A stretch of DNA of 64,000 bases from Zooshikella harenae (GTDB lineage: Bacteria > Pseudomonadota > Gammaproteobacteria > Pseudomonadales > Zooshikellaceae), in contig NZ_JAGSOY010000008.1 of assembly GCF_018837975.1 (NCBI RefSeq), positions 17,164 to 81,163 of the forward strand, written 5' to 3'. Below the pieces are notes generated by a model. It searched no databases and was not told where the DNA came from. It saw only the letters and a program-made list of their open reading frames with translations. The number at the start of each line of letters is the position of its first letter. The first letter of the stretch is position 1. Below are positions 1 through 11,108 of this stretch, piece after piece. The position numbers were made by a program, and so were the translations under genes.

Positions 1-1
1 T

Positions 2-304
2 GATGCACAAATTGTTTATGAGGATGAGCTAACACTGGCTTTTCGAGATATAGCCCCTGCAGCACCACATCACTTATTAGTTATACCAAAAACCCACATC
101 AGTACAATTAATGAAGCAGATAATACCCATCAAGCACTACTTGGCCATATGCTACTAGTCGCTAAACGTTTAGCACAAGAAGAGAAGATTCATGAAAATG
201 GGTATCGCTTAGTGATGAATTGCAATAACCAAGGAGGTCAAACTGTTTTCCATATCCATCTTCATCTCCTGGGAGGAAGAAATATGCACTGGCCTCCCGG
301 CTGA
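2..304 (+). CDS. HIT (histidine triad) family nucleotide hydrolase, 5'-truncated at window edge
   Basis: Frame open from position 2; translation ...HHLLVIPKTHISTINE...GGQTVFHIHLHLLGG contains the HxHxHxx histidine triad; stop at about 302-304. Confidence 0.7.
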   Translation, partial: DAQIVYEDELTLAFRDIAPAAPHHLLVIPKTHISTINEADNTHQALLGHMLLVAKRLAQEEKIHENGYRLVMNCNNQGGQTVFHIHLHLLGGRNMHWPPG

Positions 305-439
305 TCAGCTCACCACATGGATAAATATAAAATGGTGAAAAAACACGTATCGGCACCATTTTTTTAAGCTATTTGTCCCCCAGCAGTATAAAAAGACTAC
401 TGGGGTAACAATAGAGGCACAAAACAGGTAAATAAGTGT

Positions 440-850
440 TTACTTACCTTTAGAGATAGGAGGATGATAAATCATCTGCACAGTGGTGCCGTCCGGATCA
501 AGACAATAAAAACTCCTGGCACCATCACGATGTGTTCGAGGCTCAGATAACATCACAACATTTTGCTTACGAAGAAATTCATACCATACATCAACCTGAT
601 CTATTTCATCGATAATAAATCCGATATGATCTAGCCTTTGTTGTAATTTATCAATTTCAGAATGACGTTTATGTAAGGCAAGATTATCATTTCCTGATGT
701 TAAAAAAACATTTTCATTATCAGGCCGCCACTCAACAGTCATTTCCAATAAATTGACATAAAAATGTTCACATGCAGCCAAATCTTCAACAAACAAGGCA
801 ACGTGACGTAAACCTGCTGTTTTTTTTGGTCTATCTAATAATGTAGTCAT
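440..850 (-). CDS. VOC (glyoxalase/bleomycin-resistance/dioxygenase) family protein
   Basis: 136-aa ORF; overall pattern (LRHVALFVEDL..., HIGFIIDEID) resembles vicinal-oxygen-chelate fold proteins; assignment from memory. Confidence 0.55.
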   Translation of the reverse strand: MTTLLDRPKKTAGLRHVALFVEDLAACEHFYVNLLEMTVEWRPDNENVFLTSGNDNLALHKRHSEIDKLQQRLDHIGFIIDEIDQVDVWYEFLRKQNVVMLSEPRTHRDGARSFYCLDPDGTTVQMIYHPPISKGK

Positions 851-853
851 ACA

Positions 854-1276
854 TTATTCCTGTTCACATATTTTATAATCATGACTAATTTCAACGCCTG
901 CTCGACCTAGCATAATTGATGCTGAACAATATTTTTCTGCAGACAAATTTACTGCTCGTTCAATATGTGATTCTTTAAGATTTTTTCCCGTTATAACAAA
1001 ATGCAAATGTATTTTTTTAAATGTAGCTGGAACCGCATCTACCCGTTCAGCACTAATTTCCACATAGCAGTCACTCACCTGTTGACGCGCCTTTTTTAGA
1101 ATAGAAATCACATCAATTGAAGAGCACCCGCCCATTCCTAGCAACAACATTTCCATTGGACGAATACCAAATTCTCGCCCCCCCTCATCAGGCGAACCTT
1201 CCATCACCACCGTATGGCCGGTACCAGACTCTCCTAGAAACATTCCATTTTCAATCCATTTAACACGTGCTTGCAT
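854..1276 (-). CDS. OsmC/Ohr family protein
   Basis: 140-aa ORF with paired Cys context (GMGGCSS ... KYCSASIML) typical of OsmC-type peroxiredoxins. Confidence 0.6.
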   Translation of the reverse strand: MQARVKWIENGMFLGESGTGHTVVMEGSPDEGGREFGIRPMEMLLLGMGGCSSIDVISILKKARQQVSDCYVEISAERVDAVPATFKKIHLHFVITGKNLKESHIERAVNLSAEKYCSASIMLGRAGVEISHDYKICEQE

Positions 1277-1525
1277 AATTATTACTCAACGAGCTATCTT
1301 GTAAGTTAATAACGAGGTATGAAGCCTAACATAGTTTTTTGAATCCTCATTATTTTACTGCGAATGTTTTCACGTTTAAATTAGCTGTCTAACGCAAAAA
1401 AAATGGACAGGCATCATAGTTTAAACACTTAACCAATTGACTAACTAGAATAAAGGGAATTTTAGGGTCATAATGAAAACTAAAAATAATAGGATGTTAT
1501 TAACATAAGTTGTTGGACCCTGTTT

Positions 1526-2170
1526 ATGGTTGCTATTACTACACCTACACCCAAAATTAAAGACTTAGACAAATTTTTGTCACTATGTCACCGTCGCCGC
1601 TATAGTGCTAAAAGCACAATTATTTATGCCGGCGATAGCAGCGACTCCCTTTACTATATTGTGAAGGGTTCAGTCACAATTTTAATTGAAGATGATGACG
1701 GTCGGGATATCATCATCGCTTATCTGAACGCAGGAGATTTCTTTGGCGAGATGGGATTGTTTCTTGACGATGAAGAAGGATCTCGTAGTGCTTGGGTAAG
1801 AGCAAAAACTGAATGTGAAGTTGCTGAAATTAGCTACAGCAAATTCAAAGAATTTTGTGAAGAAGATCCAGAAATCCTCTTTGCCCTTGGAAAGCAAATG
1901 GCTAATCGCCTTCGCAACACAACGCGCAAAGTAGGTGATTTGGCATTCCTTGATGTTACTGGCCGCGTTGCTCGTACATTGCTGGATCTATGCAAAGAAC
2001 CTGATGCCATGACTCACCCAGATGGGATGCAAATTAAAATCACCCGTCAGGAAATTGGCCGTATTGTTGGCTGTTCAAGAGAAATGGTTGGACGTGTATT
2101 AAAAACGCTAGAAGAGCAAGGACTAGTATCCGTTAAAGGAAAAACAATGGTGGTATTCGGAACTCGTTAA
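1526..2170 (+). CDS. crp: cAMP receptor protein CRP
   Basis: Near-collinear match to E. coli CRP motifs ([56 protein letters not shown]); ATG start at 1526. Confidence 0.9.
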   Translation: MVAITTPTPKIKDLDKFLSLCHRRRYSAKSTIIYAGDSSDSLYYIVKGSVTILIEDDDGRDIIIAYLNAGDFFGEMGLFLDDEEGSRSAWVRAKTECEVAEISYSKFKEFCEEDPEILFALGKQMANRLRNTTRKVGDLAFLDVTGRVARTLLDLCKEPDAMTHPDGMQIKITRQEIGRIVGCSREMVGRVLKTLEEQGLVSVKGKTMVVFGTR

Positions 2171-2204
2171 TACCAACATTTAATAGATAGGCGTTCAACA
2201 AGAA

Positions 2205-2235
2205 AGGCGAAATTAATTCGCCTTTTTTGTTTTAT
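2205..2235. terminator. Rho-independent terminator between convergent crp and trpC (AGGCGAA-ATTAA-TTCGCCT followed by TTTTTTGTTTT)
   Basis: 7-bp GC-rich stem, 5-nt loop and T-run seen directly; lies between the crp stop at 2170 and the trpC stop at 2243. Confidence 0.6.
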
Positions 2236-2242
2236 ATCTTTT

Positions 2243-3046
2243 TTATAAATAACCATCAAACAAAACAGCTAATTCCTTGCCTGGATTTTGCTGCCGCATA
2301 AATGCTTCTCCTACTAGAAATGTCCAAACATTATTTGCGACCATCTTTTCAACATCTGCTGACGTTAGTATTCCACTTTCAGTAACAACAATTTTGCTTT
2401 CTGGTATAGCAGGCAGCAATCGCAAGGTTGTCTCTAATGAGACATCAAAAGTATGCAAGTCACGGTTATTAATACCTAGAAGCGGAGTGGGTAGCTTCAG
2501 AGCCGCCTCCAACTCTGTTTCATTGTGTACTTCAACCAAAACATCCAAGCCTAGTTGAATAGCTTCCTGTGATAAATCAACAAGTTGTTGATGTGACAAT
2601 GCAGCCGCTATCAACAAAATACAATCTGCACCAATATACCGAGACTCAACAATCTGATAAGCATCAATAATAAAGTCCTTGCGCAACATTGGAAGCTGAC
2701 ATGCCTCACGCGCCTGCTGCAGATAAACATCTTCCCCTTGGAAAAAGTCTTTATCTGTAAGCACCGATAAACACGTAGCACCATATTGCTGATAGTCAGC
2801 AGCATGCTCAGCTGGATGAAAATGCTCACGAATCACCCCCTTACTTGGGGAGGCTTTCTTAATTTCAGCAATAATCGCTGCTTTTTTCTTATTCAGTTGT
2901 AGCTTGATAGCAGAAGCAAACCCTCTAGTTTCAGGTAAATCAGCCACTTTCGCCAGCAACGTTGATAATGAAATTGCTTGCTTTCTTGAACTGACTTCTT
3001 CTTGTTTTCGCTGCAAAATTCGCTTTAGTACTGTTGGAGTATTCAT
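2243..3046 (-). CDS. trpC: Indole-3-glycerol phosphate synthase (monofunctional)
   Basis: 267-aa ORF with IGPS pattern ([34 protein letters not shown]); follows trpD in an operon; no fused PRAI domain. Confidence 0.85.
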   Translation of the reverse strand: MNTPTVLKRILQRKQEEVSSRKQAISLSTLLAKVADLPETRGFASAIKLQLNKKKAAIIAEIKKASPSKGVIREHFHPAEHAADYQQYGATCLSVLTDKDFFQGEDVYLQQAREACQLPMLRKDFIIDAYQIVESRYIGADCILLIAAALSHQQLVDLSQEAIQLGLDVLVEVHNETELEAALKLPTPLLGINNRDLHTFDVSLETTLRLLPAIPESKIVVTESGILTSADVEKMVANNVWTFLVGEAFMRQQNPGKELAVLFDGYL

Positions 3047-3069
3047 TACGACAACTTCTTTACCTGTTG

Positions 3070-4113
3070 TTAATCATCCACTTGAGTGGCATATCGTGTG
3101 AAACTCGCCAACTCACTAATTTTTTCTTTTGCTAAACCGCTGGCAATCGCATCTTGAGCCATCGCAACACCTTGCTCCATGCTACTTGCTAAACCTGCCA
3201 CATAGACTGCTGCACCAGCATTTAATGCAATCATATCAGCTGCCTTGGTAGCATTTTCCTTTGTTTGTTTGCCTAGTGCATCACGAATTAACTCAATACT
3301 ACTTTCAGCTGAGTCCACTTTAAGTCCTGACAATGACTTCAGTTCAACTGAAAACTGCTCTGGGCTTAACTTATACTCAAGTATCTCGCCGTTTTTTAAC
3401 TCAGCAACCCAAGTGTCTGCAGCAATACTAATTTCATCCAGACCATCTCCAGCATGTACCACCATGACATGCTCTGACCCCAACCTTTGCAAAACAGTAG
3501 CAATCGGCCTAACCCACTGCCGAGCAAATACGCCCATAACCTGTCGCTTAACGGCTGCTGGATTAACTAAGGGGCCTACCAAATTAAAAAGCGTTCTTAC
3601 ACCAAGCTCTTTCCTCGGGCCAACCGCATACTTCATGGCACTGTGATGGGCTGGCGCAAACATGAAACCAACCCCTACATGCTCAATAGATCGAGCAACT
3701 TGCTCTGGTGTTAAATCCAGTTTAATCCCTGCAGCTTCAAGCACATCAGCACTACCTGTTTTGCTTGAAACAGAACGATTACCATGTTTAGCTACATGGC
3801 CACCGACAGCAGCAACCACAAATGCTGCAGCAGTCGAAACATTAAATATATTTGAGCCATCCCCCCCTGTTCCACAGGTATCAATTAGGTCAGGAAGGTT
3901 AAGATGGACAGGTTGAGCAAGTGAACGCATAACTTCTGCAGCGCCAACCAGCTCGTCAACAGTCTCTCCTTTCATTCTCAACCCAACAAGCAAACCTGCG
4001 ATTTGCGCATCAGTTGCCCGCCCTGTCATTACCTCGGTCATGACTTTGTGCATCTGCTGGGTAGTTAAATCATGTCCTTCAACAATATGCGCTATGGCTT
4101 GTTTAATATTCAT
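3070..4113 (-). CDS. trpD: Anthranilate phosphoribosyltransferase
   Basis: TrpD motifs ([25 protein letters not shown]); start moved to the internal ATG at 4113 because GGGGGAGGGAG sits 8 nt upstream and the trpG stop lies just before. Confidence 0.88.
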   Translation of the reverse strand: MNIKQAIAHIVEGHDLTTQQMHKVMTEVMTGRATDAQIAGLLVGLRMKGETVDELVGAAEVMRSLAQPVHLNLPDLIDTCGTGGDGSNIFNVSTAAAFVVAAVGGHVAKHGNRSVSSKTGSADVLEAAGIKLDLTPEQVARSIEHVGVGFMFAPAHHSAMKYAVGPRKELGVRTLFNLVGPLVNPAAVKRQVMGVFARQWVRPIATVLQRLGSEHVMVVHAGDGLDEISIAADTWVAELKNGEILEYKLSPEQFSVELKSLSGLKVDSAESSIELIRDALGKQTKENATKAADMIALNAGAAVYVAGLASSMEQGVAMAQDAIASGLAKEKISELASFTRYATQVDD

Positions 4114-4131
4114 TTTCACTCCCTCCCCCAA

Positions 4132-4716
4132 TCAACAGCTCTGTCGCAAAAAGTTAGCCAGTAAGTCATGACCCTGTTCTGTTAAAATCGACTCAGGGTG
4201 AAATTGAACCCCCTCTATCGCCAATGACTTATGTCGGATCCCCATTATTTCATCCACAGACCCATCTGCTAATTCAGTCCACGCCGTAAGCTCAAAACAG
4301 TCTGGAAGTGAAGACTGCTCTAAAACAAGAGAGTGATAGCGCGTTGCTTGTAACGGGTTCTGTAGCCCAGAAAAAACGCCTTGAGAATTATGCTTAACAG
4401 GGGAAGTCTTGCCATGCATAACTTCTTTAGCCCTTATCACTCGACCACCAAAAACTTGTCCAATACTCTGATGGCCAAGACAGACACCTAAAACTGGAAT
4501 TTTTCCTGTAAATGCTTCTATAACGGCCAGTGAAATACCTGCCTCATTTGGGGTACAAGGACCAGGAGAAATAACGATATGAGAAGGTGACAGTGCTTTA
4601 ATCTTTGCTAGATCAATTTCATCATTGCGATACACTTCAACATCTGCATCTAGTTCTGCCAGATATTGCACAATGTTGTAGGTAAATGAGTCGTAATTAT
4701 CAATCATTAATAACAT
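4132..4716 (-). CDS. trpG: Anthranilate synthase component II (class I glutamine amidotransferase)
   Basis: 194 aa with GATase triad context ([10 protein letters not shown] ... HPES). Confidence 0.85.
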   Translation of the reverse strand: MLLMIDNYDSFTYNIVQYLAELDADVEVYRNDEIDLAKIKALSPSHIVISPGPCTPNEAGISLAVIEAFTGKIPVLGVCLGHQSIGQVFGGRVIRAKEVMHGKTSPVKHNSQGVFSGLQNPLQATRYHSLVLEQSSLPDCFELTAWTELADGSVDEIMGIRHKSLAIEGVQFHPESILTEQGHDLLANFLRQSC

Positions 4717-4835
4717 GGCGATCTCCAGAGGAAAAATACCAAATGTGAAACTAAAGAAGTTATGTATTCACTCCTAATTCACTTAGTATCTAAACCTCAA
4801 AATACTGTGTGTGGTAACTGTGCTAGTTTAATTGG

Positions 4836-6317
4836 CTAAGGAAGATCCAATTCTGTTTGAGCAAGCATGGCTGCACGCATAACTGCTCGCCCTTTATTTA
4901 GTGTTTCCTGCCACTCCATTTCAGGCTGTGAGTCAGCCACCACACCAGCACCAGCCTGGATATACAGTGTATTTTGTTTAATCACTGCTGTTCGAATAGC
5001 AATGGCCGTGTCCATATTGCCATTCCAGGAAATATAACCCACAGCACCACCATAAATGCCACGTTTAACCGGCTCTAACTGATCAATAATTTCCATAGCC
5101 CTCACCTTTGGCGCACCACTAAGTGTACCTGCAGGTAGTGTTGCTTTAAGTACATCCATTGCAGTGAGGTTATCTTTGAGCTGTGCTGTAACATTAGAAA
5201 CAATATGCATAACATGGGAGTATCTTTCGATAATCATCTGATCAGATACCGTGACAGTGCCTGTTTTTGCCACACGACCAATATCATTCCGCCCCAAATC
5301 AATCAGCATTAAGTGCTCAGCTAACTCTTTTGGATCGGCCAGCAAATCCTTTTCTAACGCTAAGTCTTCTTCTACGGTTTTCCCCCTTGGTCGTGTACCT
5401 GCAATAGGGCGCACCACAACCTCTCCATCTTCAACACGTGCTAAAATTTCTGGAGATGACCCCACAACATAGAAATCCTGCAGGTTAAAGTAGTACATGT
5501 AAGGTGAAGGATTTAAGCATCGTAATGCACGGTACAAATTGATAGGTGGATCAGAGAAAGGTGCCTGCATTTGCTGAGATAAAACGACTTGCATGGCATC
5601 CCCAGCCATTATGTAGTCCTTAATCTTATTAACACCTTCTTGAAAGGCATCCTGTCCAAATAAAGACTTAAAATCAGTTTCTGATAGTGGTGCACTACCT
5701 GCCGCATAAGGTGCATTTACTGTTGCCCTGCGCATTCTGGCAACTAATTGGCCCAGTTTTACTTGAGACTTTTGATAGGCGTCAGCCTCACTAGGGTCTA
5801 CATGAGTAATGAGTAGAATTTTTCCAGATAAGTTGTCAAAAACAACCACATCATCAGACACCATTAACAGTATATCTGGGGTGTTTAATTCATCCTTGGG
5901 GGAAGAGTTTGCAAGCTTAGACTCTATATAACGGATAGTGTCATAACTAAAATACCCCACCAAACCACCATTGAACCGTGGCAAATCATCCGGCTCATAA
6001 ACTTTAAAGCGTTTAAAGTACGTCTCAATAAACGTCAAAGGATCATCAACCGTCAGGCTTTCTAAAACAGTACCTTGTTCTTCAATGATTACCTGATGAC
6101 CAAAAACTTTAAGTACCGTGCGACAAGATAATCCAATAATGGAGTAACGCCCCCATTTCTCGCCACCATGGACAGATTCTAAAAGGTAGGTATAAGGCAG
6201 GTCTGCCAATTTAAGGTAGGTGCTAAGCGGAGTGTCGAGATCAGCTAGAAGCTCACGGGTAACTGGAATACGATTGTAGCCTTGTTCGGCTAGCTGTAAA
6301 AACTGCTCGTGTGTCAT
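4836..6317 (-). CDS. trpE: Anthranilate synthase component I
   Basis: 493 aa with chorismate-binding enzyme motifs ([37 protein letters not shown]); ATG at 6315-6317. Confidence 0.9.
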   Translation of the reverse strand: MTHEQFLQLAEQGYNRIPVTRELLADLDTPLSTYLKLADLPYTYLLESVHGGEKWGRYSIIGLSCRTVLKVFGHQVIIEEQGTVLESLTVDDPLTFIETYFKRFKVYEPDDLPRFNGGLVGYFSYDTIRYIESKLANSSPKDELNTPDILLMVSDDVVVFDNLSGKILLITHVDPSEADAYQKSQVKLGQLVARMRRATVNAPYAAGSAPLSETDFKSLFGQDAFQEGVNKIKDYIMAGDAMQVVLSQQMQAPFSDPPINLYRALRCLNPSPYMYYFNLQDFYVVGSSPEILARVEDGEVVVRPIAGTRPRGKTVEEDLALEKDLLADPKELAEHLMLIDLGRNDIGRVAKTGTVTVSDQMIIERYSHVMHIVSNVTAQLKDNLTAMDVLKATLPAGTLSGAPKVRAMEIIDQLEPVKRGIYGGAVGYISWNGNMDTAIAIRTAVIKQNTLYIQAGAGVVADSQPEMEWQETLNKGRAVMRAAMLAQTELDLP

Positions 6318-6368
6318 GCGTTTTACCTAAACAATATTGAGTCATTACAAATATCCTTTGTTTTACTA

Positions 6369-6428
6369 TCACCAAAACCAACGCCACCATCGCCAGCTAG
6401 CCGTTAAAGGTCGTTGTAAAAGACTCAT
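6369..6428 (-). CDS. trpL: trp operon leader peptide, 19 aa (MSLLQRPLTASWRWWRWFW) with five Trp codons
   Basis: Reverse complement of 6369-6428 reads ATG AGT CTT TTA CAA CGA CCT TTA ACG GCT AGC TGG CGA TGG TGG CGT TGG TTT TGG TGA; it ends about 51 nt before the trpE ATG. Confidence 0.6.
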   Translation of the reverse strand: MSLLQRPLTASWRWWRWFW

Positions 6429-6718
6429 ATATTGCTCTGTAAAAGCTAACATTTTCACAGTTTATTCCCCTACTGTTTTCCTAGATAACAGGCTTATTGT
6501 TATAAGGCCTTCTCATTTATACCCACAGCGAAGAGTATATTCAATTATATTTCTAATGCGAAGTTAACGATGCTAAATAATAAATCACTGAAACTCAAAT
6601 AATAACCATCAGCTTCACACTCCCCCCTAATTGAATAACTATGGATGGAGCAACCAATGGTTATATTAATCACAAAACCGCTTATTAACGCTATGTAGCT
6701 AACACTTGCCTAAATATT

Positions 6719-7399
6719 TCAGCACAAGAGTTCTGCCAGGGAGTCTACCACTATATCAGGGTTTGCTGTATCAATCTGCTCACCATGATTATAACCATAA
6801 CTAACCGCAACTACAGAAACGTTAGCCGACCTAGCAGCTTTCACATCATTAACGGAATCACCTACCATTAATGTTTTTTGAGGTCCTTTTGCAAAGAAAT
6901 CCATAGCATGAAGTAACGGTGCAGGGCTTGGTTTCTTCTCTGGAAGGCTGTCACCACTTAGCACCAGGTTAAAAAAGTGTGTTAAGTTTAACCTTTCCAG
7001 TAGTTGCTCAGTAAACTGGCTAGGTTTATTAGTTACAATCCCCATGCTGATATTTTGCTGATGCAGGCACTGCAAAAATGCTAAAACACCTTTATAAACA
7101 CAAGCCTGCTCACCATTGTGGTGTTCATAGTGAGCATTAAATAACTGATTAGCCTTTGTTAATAACGCATCTGTTAGCGGCTCAGCTGACTTGGCCAGCA
7201 AAGCTCGCTCAACAAGCTTTGGCGCTCCATTGCCAACCCAATGACTAACTGGTTCTTGTCCGGCAGGCTCAAATCCAAGGGCTACAAGCATAGCATCGAC
7301 AGCACTCGTTAAATCAGGAATACTGTCAACCAGCGTTCCATCCAAATCAAACAACACCAACTCAGGATCTGGTAATACTGGGAAAGCAATGACAGCCAT
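6719..7399 (-). CDS. gph: Phosphoglycolate phosphatase (HAD superfamily)
   Basis: HAD motif I FDLDGTLVDS near the N-terminus; lies directly downstream of rpe, as the conserved rpe-gph pair. Confidence 0.75.
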   Translation of the reverse strand: MAVIAFPVLPDPELVLFDLDGTLVDSIPDLTSAVDAMLVALGFEPAGQEPVSHWVGNGAPKLVERALLAKSAEPLTDALLTKANQLFNAHYEHHNGEQACVYKGVLAFLQCLHQQNISMGIVTNKPSQFTEQLLERLNLTHFFNLVLSGDSLPEKKPSPAPLLHAMDFFAKGPQKTLMVGDSVNDVKAARSANVSVVAVSYGYNHGEQIDTANPDIVVDSLAELLC

Positions 7400-8079
7400 T
7401 AATTAACCTCCGCCAAATTAGCACGCATTTGTTCAATGACAGCTCGGTAATCATCTTTACCAAAAATGGCTGACCCGGCAACAAAGGTATCCGCACCAGC
7501 AGCAGCTATCTGTGCAATATTCTCGACAGTAACACCACCATCCACTTCCAAGCGAATTGGCAAACCACTTTCATCAATGATGTTTCTGGCTCGCTGGATT
7601 TTCTTAAGTGCTTGAGGAATAAATTTTTGACCACCAAACCCAGGGTTTACAGACATGATTAACACCATATCCACTTTATCAAGCACATATTCCAATACAT
7701 CTAAAGGTGTTGCTGGGTTAAATACCAACCCTGACTTAGCACCACTTGATTTAATGAGCTGGAGTGAACGATCAATATGCTCTGATGCTTCAGGATGAAA
7801 CGTAACGTAGGTTGCACCCGCATCAATAAAGTCACCAATTATACGATCAACAGGCTTAACCATTAGGTGGACATCAATATCAGCGGTAACACCATAATTA
7901 CGTAATGCCCTACATACCATTGGCCCTACGGTTAAATTTGGTACAAAGTGATTATCCATCACATCAAAGTGAACAATATCAGCACCAGCTGCTAAAACAG
8001 CATCCACCTCTTCCCCCAGACGTGCAAAATCTGCAGATAAAATACTGGGTGCAATCAAGTAGTTTCTCATTATCACCAC
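7399..8079 (-). CDS. rpe: Ribulose-phosphate 3-epimerase
   Basis: Rpe motifs ([34 protein letters not shown]); AGGTGG sits 5 nt upstream of the ATG at 8079. Confidence 0.85.
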   Translation of the reverse strand: MVIMRNYLIAPSILSADFARLGEEVDAVLAAGADIVHFDVMDNHFVPNLTVGPMVCRALRNYGVTADIDVHLMVKPVDRIIGDFIDAGATYVTFHPEASEHIDRSLQLIKSSGAKSGLVFNPATPLDVLEYVLDKVDMVLIMSVNPGFGGQKFIPQALKKIQRARNIIDESGLPIRLEVDGGVTVENIAQIAAAGADTFVAGSAIFGKDDYRAVIEQMRANLAEVN

Positions 8080-8217
8080 CTCTTCATTCAGGTTGGGCGC
8101 ATTTTATCTGAACTTATCTATGCTTTCAGTAGGACTAGCTCAATAAAAGCTAAGCATTGTTCTCCTAATTGCATATACGTAACGCCATTAAAATTCAGGG
8201 TCAGGACAGAATGCACC

Positions 8218-9423
8218 ATGCGTCACATTGATTTATTTATTACCTGCATCATTATTCTGCTTTCTGGCCGTATACTTCTATGGGCTGCTCAAGAAGACAA
8301 TTCAACCAATAGCCCAGCAGCTCCCACCCAGCCTTCCAACTCTGGGCAGCAAGCCCCTTCCCCAACAGATTCTGCCAACGCAACTATGCAAGAAAATACA
8401 ACTACACCACAGCAAGATAGAGCACTAGCTAACGATTTCATAAACCGGAGCCAACAAGCTCTACAACAAATCTATGCATCTGACCAACTGGTAACCCTTA
8501 ACCTGCCAAAGGATACAATATACGGGCTGTGGCAAAATGAACGTGCAGGCTCATTAAAGGGGGCTGTAATACTTCTTGCAGAACAAGGCAATCATGCAGA
8601 TTGGCCAAAGTATATGCATAAACTCCGACAGCAACTGCCATTAAAAGGCTGGAGCACGCTAGCTATAAATCCACCATCTCCATCAAAAGTTATAATGGAA
8701 GCCCGAAAAGCTTCCTCTTCAGATTCAGATAAAGCAAATGCTATTGATGCTGATACCAAGCAGAAAAACAAAAAGTTAGACAATAAAACAAACGCCAATC
8801 CTACTTCAAATAAAACTGATAATGAAAAGCAGCAAACCTCGCCTAACAATAATCAGCCAAAGACTAATACAAAAGAAAATTCTGCCCCCAAAAACCAAGA
8901 GACTGATAGTGAAAAGCATTTGCCAGTGTTTAAAGTAACACCCTCATTGCAAGAAAAATATGCAAGTAGCGTAAATGAATTAATGAAAAGTGCACATAAG
9001 TTTGGTCAAGAAAAGACAACTGATAAAGTGTTCTTGTTAGCCATTGGTAACAGCTGCCCCTTTTTACTACCCCACCTCACTAATCATCCTGATGACTACA
9101 CAGGAATCATACTCATTGACTGCAAGCCGAATAATTGGTCTCCAGCCTCAATGCCTGTTGAACCTCTAGATAAACTGAAAATTCCTGTATTAGACTTAGA
9201 AGTGAATAGTGCCCCCCTCTATTCCAGATGGGCACAACTCCGTAAGGCTGCCAGTATTAAGGCAGAAAACCCCAGCTACCGACAGCGATTACTCATTAGT
9301 ATGAGTTATGACAGTACGCTGGATAGCCGCATTTTAAAGTATGTGGGTCAATGGGTAGATGCTGTTTTAGATGCAATAAAACGTGCAGAAAAGGCAGCAG
9401 AAGAAGCTGCTAAGTTACAGTAG
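8218..9423 (+). CDS. Hypothetical secreted protein with a central low-complexity (N/K/T/Q/S-rich) insert; flanks look alpha/beta-hydrolase-like
   Basis: N-terminal hydrophobic signal-like segment (LFITCIIILLSGRILLWAAQ); roughly 150 aa of low-complexity sequence between two globular halves; no confident family. Confidence 0.45.
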   Translation: MRHIDLFITCIIILLSGRILLWAAQEDNSTNSPAAPTQPSNSGQQAPSPTDSANATMQENTTTPQQDRALANDFINRSQQALQQIYASDQLVTLNLPKDTIYGLWQNERAGSLKGAVILLAEQGNHADWPKYMHKLRQQLPLKGWSTLAINPPSPSKVIMEARKASSSDSDKANAIDADTKQKNKKLDNKTNANPTSNKTDNEKQQTSPNNNQPKTNTKENSAPKNQETDSEKHLPVFKVTPSLQEKYASSVNELMKSAHKFGQEKTTDKVFLLAIGNSCPFLLPHLTNHPDDYTGIILIDCKPNNWSPASMPVEPLDKLKIPVLDLEVNSAPLYSRWAQLRKAASIKAENPSYRQRLLISMSYDSTLDSRILKYVGQWVDAVLDAIKRAEKAAEEAAKLQ

Positions 9424-9555
9424 CAAAAAATGGGGCACTCTGGTAAACCCTCTAAATAATTTACCAAAACATCTATTCGAAAGGCCTTCTTAACTTGAGC
9501 ATGCCTATAATGAAACTCATCGAAATGACTAATAAATGCGATAGTAATTGAACGG

Positions 9556-10401
9556 CTACCTTTTATGGGCTTGGTGTTTTTTAATTAAATTATAAGCGGC
9601 TTGTATTTCCTGAGTTCTCTGTTTTGCTACAGACACCATTTCTTCAGGTAAACCTTTAGCGACTAATTTATCTGGATGGTGTTGGTTCATTAATCGACGA
9701 TACGCTTTTTTCATCTGCTGATCATCACATCCAATGGGTACACCTAACACAGCATAAGCATTACTTAGTTGATTACGACTGGCTAGGTTAGCTTGATGCC
9801 GCTGCCTCGTTTGTTCCTGATACTGATTAAAAAAAGCCCGTTGTGCTAAGTAGCGCTGCTGAATGACTTGTAAGCGAAACTGGCTAATGCCCAGCGCCAA
9901 ACACACCTCACGCAATACATTTTCAGCCTGTCGACTAATGACCCCATCAGCATAAGCAGCCTGAAGCTGTAGCTCCAAAAACATATTCATTAAGCTATGG
10001 CGGTGACGTGCAACCTGGTGAAACGAACTCAACACTGGGACCAAATCTCGAGATAGCTCTTTACCTTCGTTAAAAAGATTAATCGCTGCTTTACGCTGAC
10101 CAGGAGATAGCTTCATTGACTTCATAATTTCTGAGGCAGTCTTAATCTCCTGCTCAGAGACACGACCATCCGCTTTTGCAACACGCCCCATCACCGTAAA
10201 TGTGGCTGTGAAAAAAGCAGACTGAACCTGCTCATGATTAACCGTAAATAATCGACTCTGTAATCCACTTCCAGTAAGTAATTGCCATACAGGTCTGCGG
10301 TCTACTAGCCAAAACCCTGCTACACCTAAAATGAGAGCCCCTAAAGGACCACCACCAATAAGCAAACCAAGCAATGCACCTATTAGCGTTCCATACTTCA
10401 T
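9556..10401 (-). CDS. djlA: Co-chaperone DjlA (TM segment plus TerB-like domain plus C-terminal J-domain)
   Basis: N-terminal GLLIGGGPLGALILG; central TerB-like (MGRVAKADGRVSEQE); C-terminal J-domain YAVLGV...KKAYRRLMNQHHPDKL with canonical HPD. Confidence 0.8.
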   Translation of the reverse strand: MKYGTLIGALLGLLIGGGPLGALILGVAGFWLVDRRPVWQLLTGSGLQSRLFTVNHEQVQSAFFTATFTVMGRVAKADGRVSEQEIKTASEIMKSMKLSPGQRKAAINLFNEGKELSRDLVPVLSSFHQVARHRHSLMNMFLELQLQAAYADGVISRQAENVLREVCLALGISQFRLQVIQQRYLAQRAFFNQYQEQTRQRHQANLASRNQLSNAYAVLGVPIGCDDQQMKKAYRRLMNQHHPDKLVAKGLPEEMVSVAKQRTQEIQAAYNLIKKHQAHKR

Positions 10402-11108
10402 TATTTTGCACCTAGTGACTCACTCGCCTGAAGATGACAACATAACTGCTGTAACCGGTCAGGAGTACCAATATCTAACCATTCCCCCTGATAAAGCTCT
10501 CCAGTCACTTGGCCCTGACGAATAGCTTCTCGCAACAATGGTGCTAAAGAAAACACTCCAGGGTTACAGCCAGCAAATAAATCTGGATGGAGGATGCTAA
10601 TACCACTATAAGTAAAACGTTGTTCAGCATTACCTGATAATGCAATATGCCCTTCCTCTACCAAATAAAAATCACCTTCTGGATGATGGGGGGAGTTGGA
10701 CACTAAAACTAAATGGGCTAGTTTGTGTTCATCCTGAAGCCGCTGCTTTTGCTTTTCTAATACAGCAAAGGGGTAATTGCACCAGACATCACCATTAACG
10801 ACAAGAAAGGGATCTTGCCCTAGTAAGGGTAATGCTTTAAAAATCCCTCCTCCGGTTTCCAGTTTTTGCTGTTCTCTTGAGTATTGGATCTGTACTCCAA
10901 ATTGTTGGCCATCACCTAATGTTTGCTCAACCTTCTCTGCTAGATATGAGGTATTCATAACTACATCTGTTATACCTGACTGCGCTAAGCGTTGTAAGCT
11001 ATAAGCCACTAGCGGTTGCCCATTCACAGGAAGCAATGGTTTTGGAGTTATCAGGGTCAAAGGCCGCATACGTTGACCTTCTCCTGCAGCGAGCAACATC
11101 GCTTTCAT
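10401..11108 (-). CDS. murU: N-acetylmuramate alpha-1-phosphate uridylyltransferase (sugar nucleotidyltransferase)
   Basis: MLLAAGEGQRMRPLTLITPKPLLPV nucleotidyltransferase G-loop; paired with the upstream kinase as in the Pseudomonas amgK-murU arrangement. Confidence 0.7.
   Translation of the reverse strand: MKAMLLAAGEGQRMRPLTLITPKPLLPVNGQPLVAYSLQRLAQSGITDVVMNTSYLAEKVEQTLGDGQQFGVQIQYSREQQKLETGGGIFKALPLLGQDPFLVVNGDVWCNYPFAVLEKQKQRLQDEHKLAHLVLVSNSPHHPEGDFYLVEEGHIALSGNAEQRFTYSGISILHPDLFAGCNPGVFSLAPLLREAIRQGQVTGELYQGEWLDIGTPDRLQQLCCHLQASESLGAK

Noticed and set aside
6337-6567. 76-aa plus-strand ORF in the trpE upstream region
   Set aside because: It lies antisense to the trp leader and promoter, has no RBS and His/Arg/Tyr-biased composition. 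The minus-strand Trp-rich leader explains this region better.
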